Source of the DNA: Thermodesulfobacteriota bacterium
GTDB taxonomy: Bacteria; Desulfobacterota; Binatia; Bin18
DNA: 64,000 nt
Assembly: GCA_964291405.2 (NCBI GenBank)
Contig: OZ219926.1
Location: forward strand, 736,001-800,000
Direction of reading: 5' to 3'
The first letter of the stretch is position 1. Each line of letters begins with the position of its first letter. This document shows, piece by piece, positions 20,739 to 29,518 of this stretch. The translations under genes and the position numbers were made by a program. The notes beneath the pieces were generated by a model. It searched no databases and was not told the origin of the DNA. It saw only the letters and a list, made by a program, of their open reading frames with translations.

Positions 20739-21047
20739 ATGGCACTCTATCTTGACGAAGTCTGGCTCAAGGACCCAAGCCCGGAGCGAATGAAGGAGTT
20801 TGTCGGGCTCATCGGCTCGGCCGCAAAAAATCCTGCCTCGGTCGGCGCCCCACAAGAGGTCCGCTTTGCCGGTGGCCCATGGTTCTCGAATGAAGAGCCC
20901 AAAGTCATCTTTCTGGTGGATATTCCCGACCATACTCCGACCTTCCAGGTCTTTGGCAAAATCGTCTCGAGCGGCCTGGTTGAAAAGCGACGCCTGACTC
21001 CGATTGTGGAATGGAGCGAGGTCGAGAAGCTGGTCGAGCAGTTGTAA
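20739..21047 (+). CDS. Hypothetical small protein (possibly dimeric alpha-beta barrel, DUF3303-like)
   Basis: Strong GAGGAGG RBS before ATG 20739; 102 aa; family assignment is only by impression. Confidence 0.7.
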   Translation: MALYLDEVWLKDPSPERMKEFVGLIGSAAKNPASVGAPQEVRFAGGPWFSNEEPKVIFLVDIPDHTPTFQVFGKIVSSGLVEKRRLTPIVEWSEVEKLVEQL

Positions 21048-21075
21048 CGGTCCCGGCAAATGGCTCTTCTCTCAG

Positions 21076-21534
21076 TCAGTCGCTGGGAGGAGGTTGGACC
21101 AGCTCAAGAACGATCTGGTCGGGGTCCCAAAAGTAGCAGGTGTACCCTCCCCGGTTGACGCCTGAAGTGATGGCGTTCGGCGGCGAGAAGAAATGAACGC
21201 CGGCCGCCGTGAGTTGCTCGTAACGAGCGTGGATGTCTGTAACCGTTAGCGCGAGATGGGCCTCGCCGGGATTACAGATGTCCGGCTTCTGCCGCCTGCC
21301 TTTCGGATGGATGTACTCAACCAACTCAAGGTCGTGGGTCGAGCGACCGCGCGGCTGGCCTGGGATGACGAATTGGGCAACCTTGAGGTGGGCGTTCTCG
21401 TACCCAACCAAACGACTCGTATAGGCGTTGGCCTGTTCCTGGACGAGCAGCAACTCGAGTCCGAGCTGCTGGTAAAACGCGATTGATCGTTCAAGGTCCG
21501 AAACGGTTAGGCTGAAATGCCATACGCCCAACAT
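21076..21534 (-). CDS. VOC (glyoxalase/bleomycin resistance) family protein
   Basis: HFSLTVSDLERSIAFY, LELVEY, HLALTV and YFWDPDQIVLELVQ metal-ligand motifs. Confidence 0.9.
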   Translation of the reverse strand: MLGVWHFSLTVSDLERSIAFYQQLGLELLLVQEQANAYTSRLVGYENAHLKVAQFVIPGQPRGRSTHDLELVEYIHPKGRRQKPDICNPGEAHLALTVTDIHARYEQLTAAGVHFFSPPNAITSGVNRGGYTCYFWDPDQIVLELVQPPPSD

Positions 21535-21584
21535 GGCAGACTCCTTTGACGCTCAAGAAATAGAGAGCGCGTCTTCCGGATCCC

Positions 21585-22361
21585 TCAGTCAAATGCCAAT
21601 CCGCCGCAGACGTTAAGCGCTTGGCCGGTTATATAGCTCGCTGCATCTGACAGGAGAAACCAAATAACCTCAGCAACTTCCTGGGGACTTTCGATCCGTC
21701 CGAGGGGAATCGTGTCGGCCAACCCAGCCAGGGATTCTTCCACGCTGATGCCACGCCGGACAGCCCGTTCCCTATGGATGCCATACGTCATTGGAGTATC
21801 AACGATTCCTGGGCAGACCGCATTGACTTGGATATTGGCAGCAGCGAGACTGGCGGCGGCGGAGCGAACCAAACTGATGAGGCCGGCCTTACTCGCCGCG
21901 TAGTCGCTACTATCGGCACGTGGACCACGCCCGGCAACCGAGGCAACCATCACCATCCGGCCGGGTTGATTGTTCTCGATCAGGTGACGCCCAGTGGCCT
22001 GGATACTGCAAAATGCACCGGTCAGATTCACCTCGAACGTCTGTCGCCACTGACGGAGAGACAGCTCCAGGAAGTTGCCGGTATAGATAATGCCGGCCGT
22101 ATACACGAGCCGGGTGACGACACCGAAGGCCGCGTGCGCCTGGGCAATCAAAGAGGCAACGGACGCCTCATCGGTTACGTCAACGCTGCGGGCGAGGGCT
22201 TCGGTGGGGAGATTAGCGACGCTTGCCTCAGCACGCGCATAATCGATATCAGCGGCAACAAGCGGGACCCCCAGGTCGGCGAGCTTGGCAATAACCGCGC
22301 TGCCAATACCACCGCACCCAACCACCACAGTGGCTCCGCCAAGTGAGTCACGCCCTGCCAT
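21585..22361 (-). CDS. SDR family NAD(P)-dependent oxidoreductase
   Basis: GCGGIG Rossmann motif, YAASK catalytic motif, NAVCPG, ASYITGQALNVCGG. Confidence 0.92.
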   Translation of the reverse strand: MAGRDSLGGATVVVGCGGIGSAVIAKLADLGVPLVAADIDYARAEASVANLPTEALARSVDVTDEASVASLIAQAHAAFGVVTRLVYTAGIIYTGNFLELSLRQWRQTFEVNLTGAFCSIQATGRHLIENNQPGRMVMVASVAGRGPRADSSDYAASKAGLISLVRSAAASLAAANIQVNAVCPGIVDTPMTYGIHRERAVRRGISVEESLAGLADTIPLGRIESPQEVAEVIWFLLSDAASYITGQALNVCGGLAFD

Positions 22362-22382
22362 TGCGTCTCCTCGGAGGGAAAT

Positions 22383-22414
22383 CCCCACCCTGGCCCTCTC
22401 CCGAAAGGGGAGGA
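22383..22414 (+). repeat. REP-like palindromic element (CCCTCTCCC...GGGGAGG type)
   Basis: CCCCACCCTGGCCCTCTCCCGAAAGGGGAGGA in an intergenic gap; only one copy seen in this window. Confidence 0.4.
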
Positions 22415-22469
22415 AACAGATCTCGGGGGCGATACTGTCTCCCTCTGCCTGACAGTCTGTGTCCGCCTC

Positions 22470-23369
22470 TTAAGCCGCCGTCTCACACACCCCGCAGGCT
22501 TCCGGGTCGTTCTGCTCGGCCAGAATACGGTCTTCTTCGGTTTGATACTGCGGAGTATCGCGGCGTGGGGTGCGGGTGTCGCCGTCATTCATCACGCTAT
22601 CTTTCCAGCCATCGTCCTCCGCCCAGCGGAACGGCAGGTGCTTGATCTGACCAGGCTCTGTAAACGAGGAGAACGCCTCAAGGGCCTCTAGCAGGATCGC
22701 GCGCTGGAGTTCCGGCTCGAACGGCTTGCCGGTTGTGTGGCCGAGCAAGTAGTCGAGAAAGGCCGCGCGCGGCGGATAAACGGACTGGAGAATATCCAGC
22801 GCACTCCCCATGCATAATGTCGGGATACCGGCGGCCTCAGCACTACGGGCAATCAGTCCCACGGACTGATGACACACCGGTCAAACGGGGACCAGCAAAG
22901 CCACATCAACGCGCTCGGCCTTCAACTGTTCGGTCAATTGCGGGGCTAATGCCTCACGGACTTTCCGAGTCGAATAAATCCCGCCCATAAAGGTAAAGGC
23001 ACGGTCAGCCAGCTCACCAATGACGCCCTCTTCTTCCAAGCGACGGAGCGTGTCAATCGGGAAAACGACGTTGGGATCACGCCGGGCGTCGGTCTGGTCG
23101 TAGGCAAAATGGGCGGTCCGCAGGTCTGAGGTTGCGACATCCTTGGGGATCGCTCGGAAGGAAAAATCATCCTTGGTATGAAAGGCGACCTGGCCGGTCA
23201 CATAAATGCCCCCGGAAGCGATCAGACCCAGGCGGCACTCCGACAGTGGCTTGGTCAGCGGGGTCCACGGCGGCGTGTCTTCGTTATGCACCCATTGATA
23301 CGTCTTGTAGCCCAGCGCGGCATAATTATCCGTAATGCGCTTGATGTACTCGACTGGTGGCTTCTGCAT
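22470..23369 (-). CDS. Glycine/sarcosine/betaine reductase selenoprotein B / D-proline reductase PrdB-like selenoprotein (U-P-V-C)
   Basis: ORFs 22881-23369 and 22470-22877 are in frame across TGA 22881-22883: LLVPV-U-PVCHQSVGLIAR..EAAGIPT; PrdB-like motifs TPLTKPLSECRLGLIASGG and DPNVVFPIDTL; GGAGG RBS before ATG 23369. Confidence 0.88.
22852..22870 (-). promoter_or_regulatory. Candidate bacterial SECIS hairpin of the PrdB-like gene
   Basis: ATCAGTCC-GTG-GGACTGAT, a perfect 8-bp stem with a G-containing loop, starting 10 nt after the TGA. Confidence 0.7.
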
Positions 23370-23445
23370 ATATTCCTCCAACGCCTTCAGACTGTCAGGT
23401 TTTCTTTCCAAAGACAACGGGCCTCTGTTCCGTTTTCCCGAGTCT

Positions 23446-24228
23446 TTACGCTGATACGTCGTCGAATGCGGCAATAACCGGTGCGTGATCCGAAGCTCCC
23501 TTGCCTTTGCGCGCCTCGCGGTCTATAGCAACGTCCGTGCAGCGCTCGGCCAACGACTGGGTGACAAGAATGTGGTCAATACGCAGCCCCTTGTTTTTGG
23601 GGAAGGCCAGTTGACGATAATCCCACCAGCTATACAGCTTTCCTTCGGCGTGATGGAGGCGAAACGTATCAACCAGACCCCAGTCACACAGAGCAGAAAA
23701 TGTTTGGCGCATGTCCGGATGAAACAGGACGCTGTCTTCCCACTCCTCCGGGTCATGGACATCCCGCGCTTCGGGCGCGATATTCAGATCTCCGCACAGG
23801 GCGAGCGGTTTTCCGGCATCACCCTGTGCGTCAAGAAAGTGCCGGACGCGACTCAGCCAGGTGCGCTTATACGCAAACTTCTCGCTTCCGACTATCTGTC
23901 CGTTCGGAACGTAGAGACACAGGATATGGACCCCTGCAATCTGGGCGGACAAGAAGCGAGCTTCGGGGTCTTCGGGGTCACCATCGAGGCGGCGCACGAC
24001 CTGGCTCGGCTCCGAGCGAGACAGGATAGCGACGCCATTATACGTCTTTTGTCCACAAACGGTCACACAGTAGCCAACATCCTCAAATTCGCGGTGAGGA
24101 AAGGCATTATCCACGACTTTTGTTTCTTGCAGACAAACAATGTCAGGCAGTTGCTGGCGGGTGAGCCATTCCAACACCCGCTCCTTGCGCGCCCGAATCG
24201 AATTAACGTTCCAAGTGGCAATACGCAC
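23446..24228 (-). CDS. xth: Exodeoxyribonuclease III
   Basis: MRIATWNVNSIRAR, LQETK, YNGVAILS, GDLNIAP, YSWWDYR, GLRIDHIL, SDHAPV. Confidence 0.96.
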   Translation of the reverse strand: MRIATWNVNSIRARKERVLEWLTRQQLPDIVCLQETKVVDNAFPHREFEDVGYCVTVCGQKTYNGVAILSRSEPSQVVRRLDGDPEDPEARFLSAQIAGVHILCLYVPNGQIVGSEKFAYKRTWLSRVRHFLDAQGDAGKPLALCGDLNIAPEARDVHDPEEWEDSVLFHPDMRQTFSALCDWGLVDTFRLHHAEGKLYSWWDYRQLAFPKNKGLRIDHILVTQSLAERCTDVAIDREARKGKGASDHAPVIAAFDDVSA

Positions 24229-24236
24229 CAGTCGGC

Positions 24237-25826
24237 CTATGATCCGGCTCCGGCCAAGAGTGCTCCCTGGAGACCAATCTTGCCATACGTCAGACCGGCA
24301 AAGGATGGGACCGAGTGCGTTAATTCGCTAAAGACGTCAGTAATCGAAACAGAGTCCGGGCCGTCCAACTGCGTGCTCAGCAAAGCCAGCGCTTCCCAAC
24401 CGGCTTTCGCTTCTCCCGGTGGCGGGAAGGCATGAGAGAGCCGCTGGACCCGCCCGGCCTGATTCGTACACGTCCCGTCCGTCTCCACGGCCGCCGCGAT
24501 CGGCAGAATAATGTCTGCATACTCTGTCGTGCCATTATAATCCGTGTCAAGCACGATAACGGTTGTTTCGCCCAGGGCACTATCAATGCGTTCTTGGCCG
24601 AATGCCGTGACGAGGTCCGCGCCAAGAATAAAGAGGACTTTTACCTCCCCCTGCTCTACCGCAGCGAGAACCGCCTCGGCCTCGCCTCCTCCGTTCAGCA
24701 GGCCCAGACTTTTCAGTCCTTGCGTATTCGGGTTTTTGTCGGCGTGGATCAAAAAGTCATCATGAAACGCATCGGCCGGAGACCATGACAAGCCTGCCGT
24801 GTGTGTGGAGCCGATTTGCTCTCTGAGGAGACGGGAAAGAAGAAAGGCTTCTTCGTTGGTTGCCTTGGCACCAATAACCGCCGCGACCGCATCCGCACCA
24901 TGCTCGTCTTGGGTCGAACGGACGGCTTGTGCCACCTTTTTTCCAGCCTCGTCCCACGAAGCGACTGTAAAAGACGATTCACTGCGGACTAAGGGGGTGG
25001 GAATCCGGCTTTCCTGTTGGAAGGACTTATACCAATGCCGCCCCTCATCACACATCCAGTACGCATTGACGTCGAGATTTTGGCGCGGACGAAACCGAAA
25101 GACCTCGCCCCGCCGATGGTAGATATCGATATTGCAGCCAGTGGCGCAGCGGGTGCAGGTTGAGGGCGTTTTTTCAAGATACCAGACCCGGGACTTGAAG
25201 CGGAAATCCTTGCTCGTCAGTGCCCCCACCGGGCACACATCAACAACATTGCCGGAGTAGGGATTGTCGAGTTGCTTCCCAGGAAAGAGACTGATGCGGG
25301 AATGATCCCCGCGTTCAAAAATGCCTAACTCGCCAGTCTGGGTTATTTCATCGCAGAAGCGGGTACAGCGGGCACATAGAATGCAGCGCTCTTCGTCGAG
25401 CACAACTTCAGGTCCAAGGTCAACCACTTTCCCCTTATGCACCTTGGCTTCAAGCTGCATCTCGCTCTTATAGGCACCGTACAGCATGTAATAGTCTTGG
25501 AGCTTGCACTCGCCAGCCTGGTCGCAGATGGGGCAATCGATCGGGTGGTTAATGAGAAGAAATTCGAGCACCGCGGCTTGGGCATGTTTCGCTCTTTCAC
25601 TGGTGGTTTTTACCACCATCCCATCGGCAACACGTGTATTACAGCCAATCTGAAGTTTGGGAACGTTTTCGATCTCGACCAGGCACATGCGGCAGTTGCC
25701 CGATATGCTGAGTCCGGGATGGTAACAGTAGTGCGGCACTTCAATGCCGACCTGTTCGGCAGCCTGGATGACGTTGAGGCCATCTTCGACCGTCACTTCT
25801 TGACCATCGATTTCAAGTGTTGGCAT
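24237..25826 (-). CDS. nuoG: NADH-quinone oxidoreductase subunit G (short form)
   Basis: HYCYHPGLSISGNCRMCLVE, HPIDCPICDQAGEC, RCILCARCTRFC, VDVCPVGALT and an N7-type CTRCATGC...CDEGR cluster. Confidence 0.9.
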   Translation of the reverse strand: MPTLEIDGQEVTVEDGLNVIQAAEQVGIEVPHYCYHPGLSISGNCRMCLVEIENVPKLQIGCNTRVADGMVVKTTSERAKHAQAAVLEFLLINHPIDCPICDQAGECKLQDYYMLYGAYKSEMQLEAKVHKGKVVDLGPEVVLDEERCILCARCTRFCDEITQTGELGIFERGDHSRISLFPGKQLDNPYSGNVVDVCPVGALTSKDFRFKSRVWYLEKTPSTCTRCATGCNIDIYHRRGEVFRFRPRQNLDVNAYWMCDEGRHWYKSFQQESRIPTPLVRSESSFTVASWDEAGKKVAQAVRSTQDEHGADAVAAVIGAKATNEEAFLLSRLLREQIGSTHTAGLSWSPADAFHDDFLIHADKNPNTQGLKSLGLLNGGGEAEAVLAAVEQGEVKVLFILGADLVTAFGQERIDSALGETTVIVLDTDYNGTTEYADIILPIAAAVETDGTCTNQAGRVQRLSHAFPPPGEAKAGWEALALLSTQLDGPDSVSITDVFSELTHSVPSFAGLTYGKIGLQGALLAGAGS

Positions 25827-25845
25827 GAAAACCTCTGGGGTAGAC

Positions 25846-27138
25846 TTAGGCGGCTTCGGGCTGGACCGCTGCTTTTTTCAGCGGGCAACCGCCTTCCGTC
25901 ACATGGGCAACGAACTCATCACGGAACTTCGTCAGATAACTCTGGGTTGGCATGGCAGCCGCGTCAGCTAGGACACACACCGTATTGCCCATCATATTGG
26001 TACAAATCCGATCTATCAGGTCGATATCCTCGGCTTTGCCGTTGCCTTCTTCGAGTCGAACCAGGAGCTTGTGCAACCAGCCGGTTCCCTCCCGACACGG
26101 CGAGCACTGGCCGCAAGACTCATGGTGATAGAAGCGGTCAACGATCTCCAAGGCGCGCACCATACAGGTATCTTCGTCCATCACGATAATACCGGCGGTG
26201 CCCAGAAAGGCGCCAATGGCGCGCATGGAGTCAAAATCCATATGGACGTCAATCTCATCCGGCGTCAAAACGGGGAACGACGACCCGGCCGGCATGACGG
26301 CCTTGAGTTGCTTGCCATCCTTGATGCCCCCCGCATAGTCGTAAATCACCTCGCGCAGCGGCATACCCATGGGCAGTTCGAACATACCGGGCTTCTCAAC
26401 ATGCCCGCTGACTCCATATATTTTAGGACCCGGCCCGCTTTCCGGCCCAATGGACCGAAACCAGTCCGGGCCGTTTTTGATGATAGACGGCACGCAGGCA
26501 AGCGTTTCCACGTTATTCACAATAGTTGGACACCCAAATAAGCCGTATACGGCCGGGAACGGCGGTTTAATGCGCGGGTAGGCACGCTTGCCTTCAATCG
26601 ACTCAATCAGGCCGGTCTCCTCCCCACAAATATAGGCCCCAGCTCCCCGGTGGATATAGACCTCAAGATCAAATCCGGTGCCGAAAATATCTTTGCCAAA
26701 CAGTCCCTGGTCATACGCCTCGGCCAAAGCCTGTTCCAGGCATTTTGCGCCGTAGGCGAATTCACCCCTAATATAGATATAGGCCGTATGGGCGTTGATG
26801 GCGTAGCAGGTGATGAGAATCCCTTCGAGCAGGATATGGGTGTTCTTCTCGATGATCGCCCGATCTTTGAACGTTCCGGGCTCACTCTCGTCGGCATTGC
26901 AACACAGATAGACGGGCTTATCCGAGTCCTTGGGTAAGAACCCCCATTTGACGCCGGCCGGAAAACCCGCCCCACCTCGCCCACGCAGGTTCGATTCTTT
27001 TACTTGGGCAGTGACTTCCTCAGGCTTGAGCGTCGTCAGCGCCTCGCGTGCTGCGACATAGCCATCATGGGCCAGGTAGACATCAAGCTTGTGAATGTCA
27101 GGGACATCTTCATGGCGCAGTAAGACGTTTTCGGCCAT
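25846..27138 (-). CDS. nuoF: NADH-quinone oxidoreductase subunit F
   Basis: LRGRGGAGFPAGVKW, NADESEPGTFKDR, GAGAYICGEET, HESCGQCSPCREG. Confidence 0.96.
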   Translation of the reverse strand: MAENVLLRHEDVPDIHKLDVYLAHDGYVAAREALTTLKPEEVTAQVKESNLRGRGGAGFPAGVKWGFLPKDSDKPVYLCCNADESEPGTFKDRAIIEKNTHILLEGILITCYAINAHTAYIYIRGEFAYGAKCLEQALAEAYDQGLFGKDIFGTGFDLEVYIHRGAGAYICGEETGLIESIEGKRAYPRIKPPFPAVYGLFGCPTIVNNVETLACVPSIIKNGPDWFRSIGPESGPGPKIYGVSGHVEKPGMFELPMGMPLREVIYDYAGGIKDGKQLKAVMPAGSSFPVLTPDEIDVHMDFDSMRAIGAFLGTAGIIVMDEDTCMVRALEIVDRFYHHESCGQCSPCREGTGWLHKLLVRLEEGNGKAEDIDLIDRICTNMMGNTVCVLADAAAMPTQSYLTKFRDEFVAHVTEGGCPLKKAAVQPEAA

Positions 27139-27285
27139 TCGTCCTTCCTTATCTCTCCTAAGGGAACATAAAATAAAGAGAAAATATCAGCTCCGGTCAG
27201 GATATCGGCCCCAGTTTTGAGTGTCAAACATCCTTATCGGGCGGCCATTTACATTTCTAGTGCCCTCTGGTTTAACGTCCGCCTG

Positions 27286-27816
27286 ATGAGTGATTTCATT
27301 CTCTTATGGACGCATGTCCTCAGCTTGGCGGTCTTCTTTGGCAGCGGCGTCACCCTCCTCGTCACCCTGCTTCCACCAGCCGCTCAGATTGATGACCCAG
27401 CGGCAAAACAAACCTACCTGGCCAAGGGTCTGAAATACTACAATCCACTCAGCATCGGCTCACTCGGAGTCGTGCTGATGACTGGCGCGTGGAATCTCAC
27501 GGCATTCAAAGCCAAGCCAGGCTTAGCATTCTTTACTCCAGAGGGATATTTATCAGACTTTGGAAGTCTGCTAAGCCTCAAACTCCTCATTGTCTTTATT
27601 CTGATTAACGTGAGCGCTGCGGTTTCCCTGGGCATGGGTCATCGCCTGGTCCGCACGGAGGTACGCGGGGAGGCCTTCCCGCCGGATAAGCTGCCTGGTC
27701 TGGTCAGGCGCATTCAAATTTTTACCGGAGTGGCGCTGGCCCTGACCGCCTGGATTGTCTGGATTTCGCTCGATATGTCGCGGCTGGGGTTGGCGGTGTC
27801 GGGATTGAGCTCATAG
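27286..27816 (+). CDS. Four-TM membrane protein (CopD/DUF2269-like), function unknown
   Basis: ATG 27286; LWTHVLSLAVFFG first helix with His, LMTGAWNL and LSLKLLIV motifs. Confidence 0.65.
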   Translation: MSDFILLWTHVLSLAVFFGSGVTLLVTLLPPAAQIDDPAAKQTYLAKGLKYYNPLSIGSLGVVLMTGAWNLTAFKAKPGLAFFTPEGYLSDFGSLLSLKLLIVFILINVSAAVSLGMGHRLVRTEVRGEAFPPDKLPGLVRRIQIFTGVALALTAWIVWISLDMSRLGLAVSGLSS

Positions 27817-27820
27817 GCAC

Positions 27821-28642
27821 TCACTTTCCTGACCAACGTGGCGGACGCTTTTCGGTAAAGGCGGCGACACCTTCCCGGAAGTCTGACTCGGTCATCATGC
27901 GGTCAATCAGGCTGCGCGAACGCCGGACCGCCGAGGCCGCGTCGCCGTGCAAGTCGGCATAGATCTGGTTTTTGGTTACCCGCAACGACCCAGGGGAAAC
28001 ACGGGCTATCATCTTGCGGATGTAGTCGTACGTGTAGGGTAGGAGTTCGTCGAACGGCAGGACTTTATTGACCAGCCCCAATTCATAGGCTTCTTCTGCC
28101 AGAAAGATGCGGCTCGTGAGCAGGATATCATTCGCCCGCGTGACGCCCATCAGGCGCGGGAGCAGCCAGGACAGACCAAACTCAGCCGGCAGGTTCAGGG
28201 CTCCGTGAGCAGTTGTGAATTTCGCGCCTTCCGCGGCAAAACGGATATCGGCATAGCAGGCGACAGCCAGACCAGCACCAGCGACCGCGCCGTTAATGGC
28301 CGCAATCACCGGTTTGGTCAGGCCAAATTGATACGCGAAATCCGCGTCAAACTCGGGTCGGACACCATAGCCAGGAGTCGGCATTGAGTCTGGAGTGCCT
28401 GGGTCGTAGCCACCTTTTTCAACATGTCCTTCAAGCGCCCGCGAATCTGCCCCAACGCAAAAATCTCGGCCCGCTCCGGTCACGAGAATGACTCGCACCT
28501 CCGGGTCGTTCTCGGCTTGCTCAATAGACCAGCGATACTCAACGTGCATTCTCCCCGTCCACGAGTTTCTGCGCTGAGGACGGTTGAGGGTGATCGTGGC
28601 GATATGGTCTCTGACGGTATATGCAATGACTTTCCGTTCCAT
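27821..28642 (-). CDS. Enoyl-CoA hydratase/isomerase (crotonase) family protein
   Basis: ITLNRPQRRN, FCVGAD, KPVIAAINGAVAGAG, DFREGVAAFTEKRPP. Confidence 0.93.
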   Translation of the reverse strand: MERKVIAYTVRDHIATITLNRPQRRNSWTGRMHVEYRWSIEQAENDPEVRVILVTGAGRDFCVGADSRALEGHVEKGGYDPGTPDSMPTPGYGVRPEFDADFAYQFGLTKPVIAAINGAVAGAGLAVACYADIRFAAEGAKFTTAHGALNLPAEFGLSWLLPRLMGVTRANDILLTSRIFLAEEAYELGLVNKVLPFDELLPYTYDYIRKMIARVSPGSLRVTKNQIYADLHGDAASAVRRSRSLIDRMMTESDFREGVAAFTEKRPPRWSGK

Positions 28643-28666
28643 AGCATCCCCTTTTATACGTACGGA

Positions 28667-29506
28667 TTACCCCCGCCAACTATTTGCCAGGCGCGCAAAG
28701 GCCTCAAGGCTCAGCGTCTCGCCACGGCGCTGCAAGTCAATATCCGCTCGTTGGCCAATGGCTTCAAGGTCTGCCCCACCAACTCCGCGCAACGCGTTAC
28801 GGAGTGTTTTTCTACGTTGATTGAAGGCCGCCTTCACGATCCGGCGAAACAGGCTTTCATCAGCAACGGCAACCCGGGGCTCCTTGTGGAAAATCAGTTT
28901 AATCACTTGAGAGTGCACTTGGGGTGCAGGGAAAAAGCTGCGGGGTGCAACCGAGTACACCGCTTCCGTCGTCGCGTAGAGTTGAATCAAGACGGACAGC
29001 ACGCCATACGCCTTTGTCCCTGGGGAGGCCGTAATGCGCTCGGCCACCTCTCGTTGGAGCATGACCGTGGCCTGCGGGAACTGCGTCCGATGATCGAGCA
29101 GTCGAAACAGGATGGGAGTCGCCGCATTGTAGGGGAGGCTAGCTACGACCTTGAGAGACTGGGCTCGAAACATTTCCTTCAGCTCCAGGCGAAGAAAGTC
29201 AGCCACAATCATCTGGACGTGCCCATCGTGGGCGAAGCGTTCAGCTAGTCGTGCAGCCAAAGTCGTGTCCATTTCGACTAAAACGAGCTGCCCTGCTTGT
29301 TTGACCAAGACTTCAGATAACGCCCCGAGCCCCGGTCCGATCTCCAACACGTTATCTTCAGGGCGTATGGCCGCCGCCGTCACCATACGCTGGATCACGT
29401 CGGCATCAATCAGAAAATGCTGACCAAGACGTTTATGGGGACGAATGCCAAGTTCGCCAAGGGCGAAACGGGCTTGTTGAAACAAAGTTGGCGGGACGGC
29501 TTTCAC
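28667..29506 (-). CDS. rsmA: 16S rRNA m6,2A dimethyltransferase
   Basis: KRLGQHFLID, VLEIGPGLG, SLPYN, MLQREVAERI, AFNQRRKTLRN. Confidence 0.96.
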   Translation of the reverse strand: MKAVPPTLFQQARFALGELGIRPHKRLGQHFLIDADVIQRMVTAAAIRPEDNVLEIGPGLGALSEVLVKQAGQLVLVEMDTTLAARLAERFAHDGHVQMIVADFLRLELKEMFRAQSLKVVASLPYNAATPILFRLLDHRTQFPQATVMLQREVAERITASPGTKAYGVLSVLIQLYATTEAVYSVAPRSFFPAPQVHSQVIKLIFHKEPRVAVADESLFRRIVKAAFNQRRKTLRNALRGVGGADLEAIGQRADIDLQRRGETLSLEAFARLANSWRG

Positions 29507-29518
29507 ACCGGGGCTCTC

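Noticed and set aside
20377-23369. Genome-wide TGA reassignment as the explanation for the two in-frame TGAs
   Set aside because: TGA serves as a normal stop for many genes here (for example lrp, larE and the exonuclease fusion), and the read-through cases fall only at catalytic Cys positions.
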